Shown here: one piece after another, positions 1 through 11,900 of the stretch
How positions within the stretch are numbered: position 1 is the stretch's first letter
Layout of the letters: every line of letters starts with the position of its first letter
DNA from: Octopus sinensis
Lineage: Eukaryota
Direction of reading: 5' to 3'
Length of the DNA stretch: 64,000 bases
Assembly: GCF_006345805.1 (NCBI RefSeq)
Contig: NC_043013.1
Coordinates: 43,028,001 to 43,092,000, forward strand
Notes under the pieces: model-generated
What the model saw: the letters and a program-made list of their open reading frames with translations, nothing else
What the model was told of the DNA's origin: nothing
The model's database searches: none
Made by a program: the position numbers and the translations under genes

Positions 1-406
1 ATAGATATGTATATATGTGTGTGTTTATATTGTATATATAATATGATTGTACATTTTACCTTTTGTACATATGTGTGTTTTAAAACTTTACTCTGGTTTA
101 GTCAGAGGAGGCTGCACCAATGACATTTGTAAGACACTAGGCTGGTGGAGGTAAAAGGAGATAGAAATTATGAATCCAGAGTTGCTGCTAACTACTACTT
201 GATCCCTTAATTAACACAGTTGGAATTGGTTTTGTGTGTATTTGTTTGAAACTGGATGTCCTCCTGAGGCTATATTTCACTGGATGACTGTTCCATCTGT
301 ATCTCTTAACAAGCACTATGCAATGGATGCTGCAGTCCGAAGCAGCGCATCAGGATACTGCGTTGTACAGAAATCTTGTTTTCAGTAATTTCAATAATTA
401 TATATA

Positions 407-1453
407 CTGGTTATGCCAGGTGTTAGTGAACACAATTTTAGCAGAGCATAAATGGAAAACAACCTAACAATTTTACAAGGCATATACCAAATTTTAACTT
501 TCTCATTTCTCTTTCAGACAAATCAACAAGTCATATTCCTATCTGACATAGGAATGTAAAGGCATGCTGTGCTTGTTTCCCTAGCCACCAACTACAGTGA
601 CTTGGAGACTGACAGCTTTTTAAATTTGGCTAATCCCTTCATGTTTAAGATCAGGAAAGAGCTAGAGACCACTGGCAAAGATGTACGAGACATTTTCAGT
701 AGTCTTGCCTCATCAGGATGGCTATGTTCATCCAGCAAGTCCAGGACATGAACAACAGTGATTCCTTGTAAGTTGATGAGGTCCATTGCCAAGCATCTGA
801 ATGTGGTAGCATCCACTTTAAGACATGTTGTGCATGAGGACGTCATGTACCAGTCCTAGGCGAGAGGAGAGAGCAGTTCATGTCTGGCAAAACCTAGGAG
901 AACCAAGTATTCTGATTGAAGCATTTGCTGGACAATCTCAAGCCAAGAAACCAGTCGTTCCTTAGTTTTTCTTTGATAAATGTTGACCAGGACTAGAAGT
1001 TGAACAGTGGAAAATGACAGGTAGCTTAGCATGAAATCTGTCTTGGAACTCATGGTGATGAACATCATCTGTGATAGTCCTTTTGGTGCCATAAGTATTG
1101 AGGGCCATGTCGCACACTTCCGTCTCACTTCCCATAGAGCTTGAGGCAAGCTCTTCCTGTGGGACTATACTTCAACCAGTGTTTGGCTGCCTGAGAATAC
1201 CAAGGATTCTTTGAAGGCTACCTTTGTGAATGTGATGGGCAGCATGTTTCAGAACCACTTGATACTGACATAAAATCTTTCTGTGGTCACACCAAGGTCG
1301 TCATGGAGGATGGCTGGGGGTGGTTTAATGAATAACCTTCTTCTTTAATATATCTCATTGAACATGTGTACTATTTCCAGAAAATATATTTTGTCTATTT
1401 TTTAATTTTTACTTTACACTTAATTTTGTTGTAAATAACTACATGCACCCCTG
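407..1453 (+). mobile_element. Decayed Tc1/mariner (DD37D/maT-like) transposon
   Basis: Relic frame MRSIAKHLNVVASTLRHVVHED; both ends align with the reverse complement of 37583..38855. Confidence 0.7.
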
Positions 1454-2318
1454 TGTGTGTTTTGTGTTTGTATTCATATATCTAGATACAAAGTAGCTGA
1501 TGGAAGAGGTCATTGGAACCCCAGCATATTCTTGTGCTATTGCTTTATCTTTGAGCTGGACGCTTTTGTGACTCTCAGTGCATCTTGATGTAGGTAAAAA
1601 CTCTACATGTAGGGATCTGGCTGGCAACCAACTGATATCCTATTCCGGAACATTCGTCTTTTCTTCATTTAATGATACAGAATACTTTATTCTCTATAGA
1701 TCTGTAGAAAGTGTAATATGTATATATTAAGTACAAGTGAGAAGTCATCTTTCTGAATGACTGATGACTTAGTGATGGGTATCAAACCTACTGCAGTCAT
1801 TTTATTGCATCTCTGATAAAATTACTTGCCATTTCATAGACAGTGCACAATTATTGAAGTCTACTAAGCCAATCCTGCTTGTAGTTACACAGTCAAGTGA
1901 TACAGTACATGCTCATATATATATCGCTTGCCATTGCACAAGCAGTGTAGTATGTTCCAACGTATATCCAGATCCCGTAATTTCTGAGAGCCTGTAGCTT
2001 TGTCCATTGTTCTATACAAGTACTTCAGTTGTATTTTGAATGTATGTTGTGGGCAATACGATTGAAGACATCTGCAGTGAATATTTAATGCTAAATTTCT
2101 ATGTGAAGTATAATTATTATCCATATTTCAGCTATAGAGCTTATAGTCCATTGATCCTGTAGGATTACTAGACTAAGAGCTTTTATTAGTAATGTTTTCT
2201 TAATTGCATTCTTTATTTTTTTATTTAAACTCTCAACACAGCACAGTCTGTTGTGGAGTGAGATTTAACAAGTTTTCATTTCGTATCAACTATTTCATTC
2301 TAAATTAACTTTCTGTAG

Positions 2319-2913
2319 CGCCTCCAGAACAGTCATCTTCGTCAGCGGAGACAAATACTAAAGAAGAAAAGAGTGAAATGTCCTCATCAACAGAGAATGA
2401 CACAAAAGAAGAAAATAATGAAGAAAAGTCCTCGTCAGCAGAGAATGATAATAAAGAAGAAAATGAAGAAAAATCCTCGGCAGCAGAGAATGATAATAAA
2501 GAAGAAAATGAAGAAAAATCCTTGTCAGCCAGTGTGAAAAGCACAACTCCATCTCAAAAATGTAATGAACTGAAAGGAGATAAGGTGGCCAAAACAGCTC
2601 TTTCGGACAATTTACCTTCAACACCGAGTGTTCCACATAAAGTTCCATTTGCATTAAAAGACACAGTCAGTATGGACACTTCCACCACTCAACAGGGTGA
2701 AGAAAATGAATCACTGATTGTACATGTTGATGATACACAGAATGATTTAGATGCTGATCTTGTGGCATCAAAGGACAAAGTGCGTGGCAAAACTGAAGCG
2801 AAGAAAACAGATGGAAGCAAAGTTGAAGAAAGGGCTAAAGGTAAAACAGAAGGAGGGCAAACTGAGAAGAAGGCTGATGAAAAGAAAGATGATAAAGATG
2901 TAAAGTCGAAGAG
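2319..2913 (+). CDS. SAFB: Copy A exon: large acidic/Lys-rich linker exon with 15-aa repeats
   Basis: ttctgtag acceptor, AG|gttggt donor, open frame; homologous to 39957..40443. Confidence 0.9.
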
Positions 2914-5900
2914 GTTGGTTTTCATGTCATCTTTCCCACTGCTTTGATTCAAAGATGTCATTAGTTAAATGATCTTACTTCTCGGTAACAGATGTTGACA
3001 TCTTGACTGCAACTGGGGTCTACAACTGCCAATGGGAACAGATTTTCTTAAACCTTAAGTTAACCTGTTTAAGTAGGTTTTCTTCAGAGAACATCCTCTC
3101 ATGGCTAATCGTGAGTTATTTTAAAAGAGAATGTGTGTATGTGGTTTGGTTGTTAGATTCAGGTTCAAACTACTAATTACAGCAATGATAGACATTTTCC
3201 TAGTCTTCTTCATAAAACATGAGAATCTGCTGTAATGATTGTACTTTGGAAATACTATTAAACACATAGCCTGGGCTGTAATTGATCTGAACTTATCTGA
3301 GGTATATTTCCATTAGTTATTCATGTTTGAGACAAAAAGGAAAACCCACGTTTTCTCCTGGGTCATTTCTTAGTCTCTTAAAAGGTTGATGTAAATTGTT
3401 GTGAGTGTACATGTGATGGATGATACCAATGAGGATGTTTGCTAGGTAATGTTGCGCTAGTATTCATCATATTTTAGATGGTTATTGTAAACTATAGTTC
3501 ATGAACTAAAAAGGGCCAGCAAAGTGTTCGGGGGTTGGCTGGGGTCAGGAGTCTCAGTTGAAATATAATTGCACATTCTCAGAGTCAGATGTTAAGTGAT
3601 TACCAAATTACTGACGCATTCTCCACAGGAACAAATTAACCAATATCAAGAAGCCAAATTATCTGTTTTGACGAAGATGGCAACTACAATTGAAGCAGAG
3701 GAGATGGAGGAGGGATCCTGAAGTTCCCAAGAATAAAATGACAGGACTTAGTCAATGTTAGATAATAAATGTTTTTGACAAGATACAAATTGGAAGATGT
3801 TTGGAAAGCAAAAAGTCTGAGTTTAAGATTCCTGAATTCCAGCCATGTTCCTGCTAAATTAGCAGTTAATGTTTAGGGAATTCCACATTTCTTGCTGACT
3901 TCTTTTTAGCTTCATGAAGACTATAGTTCTTGTATTTTTGTACATTTTTCTTCATAAGTGTTGGTCACATGTTGCTGATGTGTGGTGTCAGTTGTTAGCT
4001 AGTTTAGGTAATCCATTTATTGTCTTCACCAATATCTTCATTTGAAATTAGTGTCTTTTGTATTCATTTATTCCTGAAAGGGGATAATAAATGACTATTA
4101 CAAAAACACATCTTTGCAGCAGGTAAGCTTCTTATATCATTATGCTTTCCCCTATATGCAATATGATGTTAATATAAATATTTATATTACTACATAGTGT
4201 GTGGAACGTCTATGCTTTGCTAAATATTAGTTATTCTATTGCATCATTCTTTCTCCCTTACATAATAAGAATTTCTTTAAGAAGTGCATATGTATATGTC
4301 TATATACATACATACATAGCCCTTATTTGTTTTCTTAAATATATATCTCTACAAATCTATTTAGAGTTAGGGTCCTAGAATGGAGTGATATTGTTTGACT
4401 TTGCTAATTATATTTAATTCATATGAATGATGAAAAATTGTTCCAATACACTTCTATGACATTCATTAGTGATAATCATCATTCTGATATTTCTCAATGA
4501 TTGTTTTATTGTTGCAGTTCTTCAGCTTCTAAACCCAAAGTTATCAAGAATATGAGAAGTAAGTTTTTTTTTATTATTCTACATGTTCTGAATCTTATTA
4601 TTCACTAAGCCTTTGTTTTAAATGTGAGGTATTTGAAATCTTAACCTTGAAGGGTCAGATTTCCTGGTAATCTTTCCATATTCATTTGTTTCTGTACTTC
4701 ACAGGCAATGACCAAAACAGTCGGAATTTGTGGGTCAGTGGTCTTGCCACAAGCACCCGTGCTACAGACCTTAAAGTGCTTTTTACCAAATATGGCAAGG
4801 TATGTTGAATAATATCTGTTTCTTATATTTCATGTAATTTGTTACTAATCATATTTATTACTAATTAGTACTTAGATTCACACTATGCTAGTCTAGAGTG
4901 TGTTTACACTCTAAACAACTCTCTCTTCTCCAAATGTAGTCACTGTCAGACCATCAGCACTCTCTGCTTTGTGTGTGGTTGTCCACAACACAAGCTCAAC
5001 ATACCTTCCCTGCTCACTTCAGGTTAGCCGACTGGTTAGAATTCCACCAGTTCTACACTATTTTCTTTGACACATGTACTTGACTCTGGACCCATCAGAG
5101 ACAGCTAGGTAGGTGACAGAAAACATACTCTTTGGCATGTCCCTTTATATCCCATGCAAAACCAAAATTGTCTCGGGTCCTCTAAGTGGTTCAGTCTTAG
5201 CTGTGTTGCAGCATTTCATGCAAAGCATACAGCCTGAAATACTTAGAGAAAAAGCACTCTTACAAACAAGGCAGCTTTCATGTAACATGAAATCTGCAAA
5301 ACTATCTGAAATGCAAAGGATTCTGCCATGTATGGTACAACTGGTAAGCTTTCTCATTTCCAAAAGCAACTACTGATCTTGTTTGTTTTCAAAACTGATT
5401 TGAGTCATCTTTGCAAAATCCTTCTCCTTTCCACTTCTCTGGTTCAGCAACCAGTACTCTTCAACAGGAAGCTTCTACAGGGATTGTTTACTTTGTATCC
5501 ATCTCTGCATTGCATACTCTAAGTAAATCTTCTCTCAAAACTTGTTTTCCCCTCCTCCACCACGTACATGCCAAATGCAAAATCTCTCCCAATCACCTCA
5601 AAACAATAATGCCTTTAGCCATGAAATCTGTAGCTAACCCTATCCTCACCAAACTCTTCAGTTTGACTCCATATATCCCAATCTTTGGATTCTTGTTACA
5701 ATATGTCCCATTTGCCGGAAATTACTCCAACCATCATCTTATTGCACTCACTTTCAATTTGTTAGAGATGATAGTCATAAATAACCTTCTCTAACACTCA
5801 GAATCCATCTCTCCCCTTGATGACCTCCACTACTGCTTATATAAAGCCAATCTACTGGAGACATGTTCTTCTTCATTCATCAGTAGGTTGGTAAGTTTTT

Positions 5901-8900
5901 ACTCTTGGAAAAATACCTGAAGAAAACAATGTTGCAAAGCATTTAACTGTGATTTATGTGCCCTAAATCTCTGAGTAAATCTAACTGCCTGTGGGTTCTT
6001 GGATTGGAGGCTTCCTGTCAAGGTGACTAGAGCTTCAGTATGTACATGTCTATAGCTCTCTCAGACTTACATTCCATTAACTTCTGGTTTGCTTCATGGT
6101 TCAGTTTTGCCCTCTGTCTATACATCAATGACCTTTTTTCAGTCACCTCCAGCAATACCTACCACCCTTATGTAGATGATACTTTTCAATCATCCCTGAT
6201 CATTTACTCCAAACGTCATCCACATTCACCACATGCCAAACCTGCCCTGACTTCTTGGAAACATTCTTCAACAAAGGTGTGTTAGTTTTGACACATTCAA
6301 CAGACACTCTCCACTTCCACTCTGGTTTCTGAATATGAAGCACATGCAGCAACTGGACTGTAGAGTGCTCCTTCCAAATATTAGGCCTTGCTCTGGCTAA
6401 GGATCTCTCTTGGTAAATCCATATCCTCAAAAGAGCAAGGACTTAATCACAAATTCTGTCTTCTTTAGGACCAGGAAATACTTCAGCTGTTAGCCTTCTA
6501 CATAGCTCAGGTGAAACCTCCTATAGTGTACTCTTCTCACATCTGTGTCAGTACTGTTGCTATTCATAAACCACATCCAACTGAAATGGCACTCAACTGA
6601 ATGGTATAAAGACTTTTGTCAACATACTCAGGCTTCCAGTTGACGGACCTGCTGTCTTTTCTCTCTTCCCTTATCTATGCCTTCTGCATTGGAGTCTGTT
6701 CCTTGGAACTGGTTTGTCTTGTGCCACCCCCACTTTGTGATGCTTGATTCTCTTTTATTTTGTTAGTGACATTGTGTGTACACTCTACTTTAAAGCCTAT
6801 AATAACCCCCTGTTCTTAGTTCTTTTTCCCAGAATGTTAGCTTTCTAGAATCCTTTTCTGGCAGATGACATTTGCAACTATTCAAGCAGAATATCACTGA
6901 TAGATTTTCATGGTCTTAGAGAATTTGGAAGGGACCATGCACACTGACCAAACTAATTTTTAAAAATCCTTTATGTAAAGAGTTTTACTTAAACTCTATA
7001 TAAAACATTTACTACTTTTAATCTGCAATATCATTCTCTTTTACTCTTTTACGTGTTTCAGTCATTTTGACTGTGGCCATGCTGGAGCACTGCCTTCAGT
7101 CGATCAAATTGACCCCAGGACTTATTCTTTGTAAGCCTAGTACTTATTCTATCGGTCTCTTTTGCTGAACCGCTAACTTACAGGGATGTAAACACACCAG
7201 CATCAGTTGTCAAGCGATGTTGGTGGGGGACGGACACACAAACATATACATACACATACATATATACGACGGGCTTCTTTCAGTTTCCGTCTACCAAATC
7301 CACTCACAAGGCTTTGGTCGGCCCGAGGCTGTAGTAGAAGACACTTGCCCAAGGTGCCATGCAGTGGGACTGAACCCTGAACCATGTGGTTGGTAAGCAA
7401 GCTACTTACCACACAGCCACTCCTGCACCTATTTTCAGAAATAATTTATTAGTATTGGTAATATTGATGAGTATTGGGCTGAATAATTACCTATGTAAAT
7501 TTTTGTGTTTAAAATTTAATTTAGTTTTTGTTTTTGTCTACATCAGGTTGTTGGTGCCAAAGTAGTGACAAATGCACGAAGCCCTGGTGCTCGATGTTAT
7601 GGTTTTGTAACTATGTCTTCTTCACATGAAGCTTCTAAATGTATTCAACATTTTAATCAGACTGAACTGCATGGCCGTATGATATCAGTTGAAAGGGTGA
7701 GTTATCCAAAGTTCATTATTTTGTTTACAGACCCATTTATCAGCTACTGAATTAAATGTTATCAGCATTTCATTGTCAGCTGTTAGAAACATGCTCAGCA
7801 TTTGAAATAGATATCGGTTATCTTTAGAGTAAGGTTGAGATCATCAATTATGGTCAGTTATTGAGAAAAATATGTGTTGTTCAACTCTTGGAGGTGCAAA
7901 CCCAGGTCATCAGTTCATCAAAGCCCTTCAAGATCCTCCTGGATAGTCAGTATGTCCTTAATGGGAACCTATTAGACACCAGTGTTGGTGAGCAGTCCTG
8001 TACACATCAACCAGCTTAGTATTTTCATAGCATGTGTGTTAAGGATCACTGAAATGTTTTTTTAGTTACAGTACACTTGTTGGGTTTGTGCCACTCTGAT
8101 ATTGTAAAGCTGACTGACACTAAAGCTGTTGTGGCAGTAATTCAGAATGATGTCTTTTAATTTGTGTTCTGTTTAAAAAGCCATTTGTAAGGTCCAGCCA
8201 CAATAGTACCAGTTCTCTTGTTGAAGGTTTCTCTGATCAACTGATTAACCATACTGGAATGCTCTAGACACCCTGATGTCCTTTAAGAACTGAAGTATCA
8301 GCATAGAAGTTCAATTGGAGGTAATTTGTCAGGTGGCAGAAGAATAATGTCCTTTCAACACCCCTTCTTCACACTACCACTGATGAGCTACCCCAATCTT
8401 CTTCCATATTACCTTCAGGGCTTTACTAAATTCTTTGGAAGGTATTGATCATCTTCTGGGGCTTAACCTGCCCTTTACCTTCTTGACCTTTTCCTAGACC
8501 TCTTTCTAACTTGGTCCTTTGTTGTCAAATTCCAGAGCTGGTGAAGATGGATTGCTCAAGGGCTTTAAGTGGCTTATGTCGTGGTCCCTGAACTCACTTC
8601 TTAAAGTAACTCTCATATGACTCGATCGTGCCTCTGGAGCAAGTGATTTGACCCTTGCCCCAGCAACTATTTTGTAAACCCACATGTGTTTGCTTGAAAA
8701 TTAGCTTGCTTCCTAATCCATTGTCTCCTTTGCTATTCAGCTGTAAGGGCCATGAACTTTTATTGAGAGGTCTCCTTTCCTCCCCTCTTGCCTTTTTGAG
8801 CTGCTATCTCAAGCTCTTGAGTTCCCATTTAAGCTTATGGATTGTATTAGCCCTGCTATGTATGATGTAAAGAAGTTTCACTGCTTTCTTCTCCAACCTG

Positions 8901-11900
8901 AATATCTTAACTGCTAGACTGATGATGGTCATAGTTATGATGTGTGTGTGAATGTATAACGTGCAATGATATCAGTAATAATCTATTGGTAAAGAGATGT
9001 GTGATGATAAACTGTTGAATGTATGTATGTGTTTGAAGGTAGTACAAATACATCATTAATAAGGGTTTAGAGTTGAGATGTCACAAATAATATTTCCCGT
9101 TTTTTTTAGGCTAGAAGAGAACCTAACACTAAAGCACCAGTAACAAAAGCAGGAGAAAAAAAAGTAGAAAAGGCTGAAGTAAAGAAAGATGGTATGACTT
9201 CTTCCAGTGTTTCATATTTGTACCCTAAACAGAATTTGGCTCTAGAATTCCAATGCAGAGACTCTATAGGTCATTTGCATTGAAGTTAGCTGGACTTAGT
9301 GTTTCATGTTACTAACCAAGTAATTAGTTTAATAAAACCATTGGCATTTCACAATTACTTAACAGTAGTAATAGTATTCAAAGAATCATAAATATCAGGT
9401 GTGACTGTGTGGTAAGAAGTTTGCTTCCTAACCACATGGCTTTAGCTTCAGTCCCACTGTGTGGTACCTTAGGCGAGTGTTTCCTACTATAGTTCCAGGC
9501 TCACCTAAGCCCCATGAATGGATTTGGTAGGCAAAAACTGAAAGAAGTCTGTTGTACATATAGTACATATATAAACATATCCGTGTGTTTGGGTGTGTAT
9601 GTTGCTGTCTCCTTGCCTTGACTTTTTGTGATAGCTGTAAAGAATTGTTGCTATGATGTAAACAGTTTGCTGTGTTTCCAATCTTCCATGAAAACATGCC
9701 TGGTCATTAGAGTATATTACTGTACTTGGAACCAGATGAGGGTTCATGGCAGGAAGTGCATCTGTCCATAGCAAAATCTGCCTCAACTAATTTCCTGTTC
9801 TCCATGCAATCATGGAAAAAGTGGACATTAAAAACTATGATGATAATGATTAGTTGACACTTATAGGCAACTCTGTATTGCCTTGAAGTCTCTAGATTGT
9901 GATAGTGTCTCTATGTGTGTTTGTGCTGTTTGCAGAAAAAAAAGATGGTGATAAGAAAGTTGAGAAGAGAGAATCAAAGAAAGATGATAAAAGCAGGAGA
10001 ACGTCCAGCAGAAGAGATGACAAAAGACATAGTAGCAGGAGCAGCAGAAGTCGTCACAAAAGCTCAGGTCAGTCTTACTAACGGTCGCATGTGTGTGTGT
10101 GTATGTGTGTTTTGTCCTTGTGCAAAAGCTTGGGTCAGTCTTACTAAAGGTCACGTGTGTGTGTGTTTTGTCTTTGTACAAGAGTAGCTTGTTCTGAAGA
10201 GAATATGGTACTGAAATAATTTCCTGATTTGTGCTGGGTTCGACTGGCAAGATTTATAGAAATACATTTACTGGTGGATCTTCAGTGCCAGTGTGGCTTT
10301 GTAGTTATGCGTGGTACCTTGGGCTAGTGTCTTCTGCTTTAGCCCTGAGATGCCCTAAGCCTTGTGAGTGGATTTGGTAGATGGAAATTGAAATAAGCCT
10401 ATTGTATATGTTATACCATTGTCTTGGTGTCATAAGATGGTTGTAAAGAAGCATTGCCATTGGACAGATGAATTTGTTGGTTTTAAGTCATCTGTGAAAA
10501 ATTTGTGTGGTCATGGGAAATATCACCTTGCTTGAAAATAGGTGAGAATTGGCTACAGGAAGAATATGGACATTAAATGATGGTGATAACTGATTCACTA
10601 TTTCAGATAAATCTCATGCAACTACACCAAATAAGAGTACAGCTGAACCAGCTACAAAAGAAGGCTCTGAGAAAGGTGCAGAGCCTGCGGCAGCAGCAGG
10701 CGCCAAGGAGAAAGCTCCCAGTACAACAAAACCTAAACCACGAGGGCCTGGTGACCCTTCTGTCAAGAAAGAGATTTTATCATTTGATGAAATAAAAGTA
10801 AGTACAATTTTATGTATGTGTTTTTAATGTAGCGAAAGTGTGTAGTTGAAGTAGAATAAGATAAATAATTTCACCTTGAAACTAGAGTGGCTAATACCAC
10901 TTACTTGACCCTAAATTTAAAGTGTTTATCATCCCTGATATCATCTTGAAATCTTGAGATAGAGCTCCCCTACCTTAAAACTGGTCATAACTGGTGTGTT
11001 AGCTTTGAAATGCATTGTCTTCCAGTGAAGGTCTTAGTGTGTAGCACGCCTGAGATGTAACCTAAAGAAATTGTTTAAATTATGCAGATTGATTCAGATG
11101 TGACTCTGCAATAGTCACAATAGTTGTGGTGGTAATTGTGGTGGCTGTTGCAGTATAGAATATGTAAAGAAATTTCAAATCAGATTAGGTGGAAGAAGGT
11201 CAATTATTTCATTAGAATAGTGGCACTGTGACTGTGGGTGTAAGACACTGGACTACTGGCAACAAGAGTAGAAGTTCAAATCTTTCTACATCTGTAATAT
11301 TGTGTCCTATTTGGTGTAATAAATCATATAATTGTACTTACTCAAGTTTGCTCAACTGATAAAATTTATTCCAATCTACTTCAAGGTTGAATGCTTAGCA
11401 AGAGGAGGGAAATGTAGCTCCTAGTCTAGTGTGGAAAAATTATGTAAAACGAGAGATTTTTTTTTTATATTGGGATATAAGGGTATTATGTTGTCAGGGT
11501 AGCAGCTTTTAGTGCTATACAGAACTGCTAAAATCTATGAGATGTTTGTATTAAATTATTGTGGTATTTCTATTTGCCATATTATATGTCACTGACTCTT
11601 TGTATCATATCAAGTCTTATTTTGTATGGTTATTTACTTTTAAGATGTTTTCTTTGTTGATTTTATGTTTGTTTTATTCTTTGCTAATAATTATTCTCTT
11701 TTCACATTCCATTCATGAAAAAAAAAAAATCCCAACCAAATTTCTTGACAAAGGAAAGAGAAAGACGGCGTTCACGTCAGAGACAAAAAAATCGTAGGGT
11801 ACAGGATAAGCGTCGGTTGAAAAATCTTGGCCTGGCTCGTATGCGTCAGCAGGATGTGGTATGGAAACAGAAGGAGGAGGCGAAAAGATTGGGAAAAGTT

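Noticed and set aside
2900-2905. Alternative donor GAT|GTAAAG in the linker exon
   Set aside because: Would end in phase 0, incompatible with the next exon; the 2913 donor closes the frame in both copies.
3838-4080. Intronic snoRNA as the cause of the conserved block
   Set aside because: I found no C/D box pair with terminal stem and no convincing H/ACA double hairpin shared by both copies; conservation peaks at the 3' splice site.
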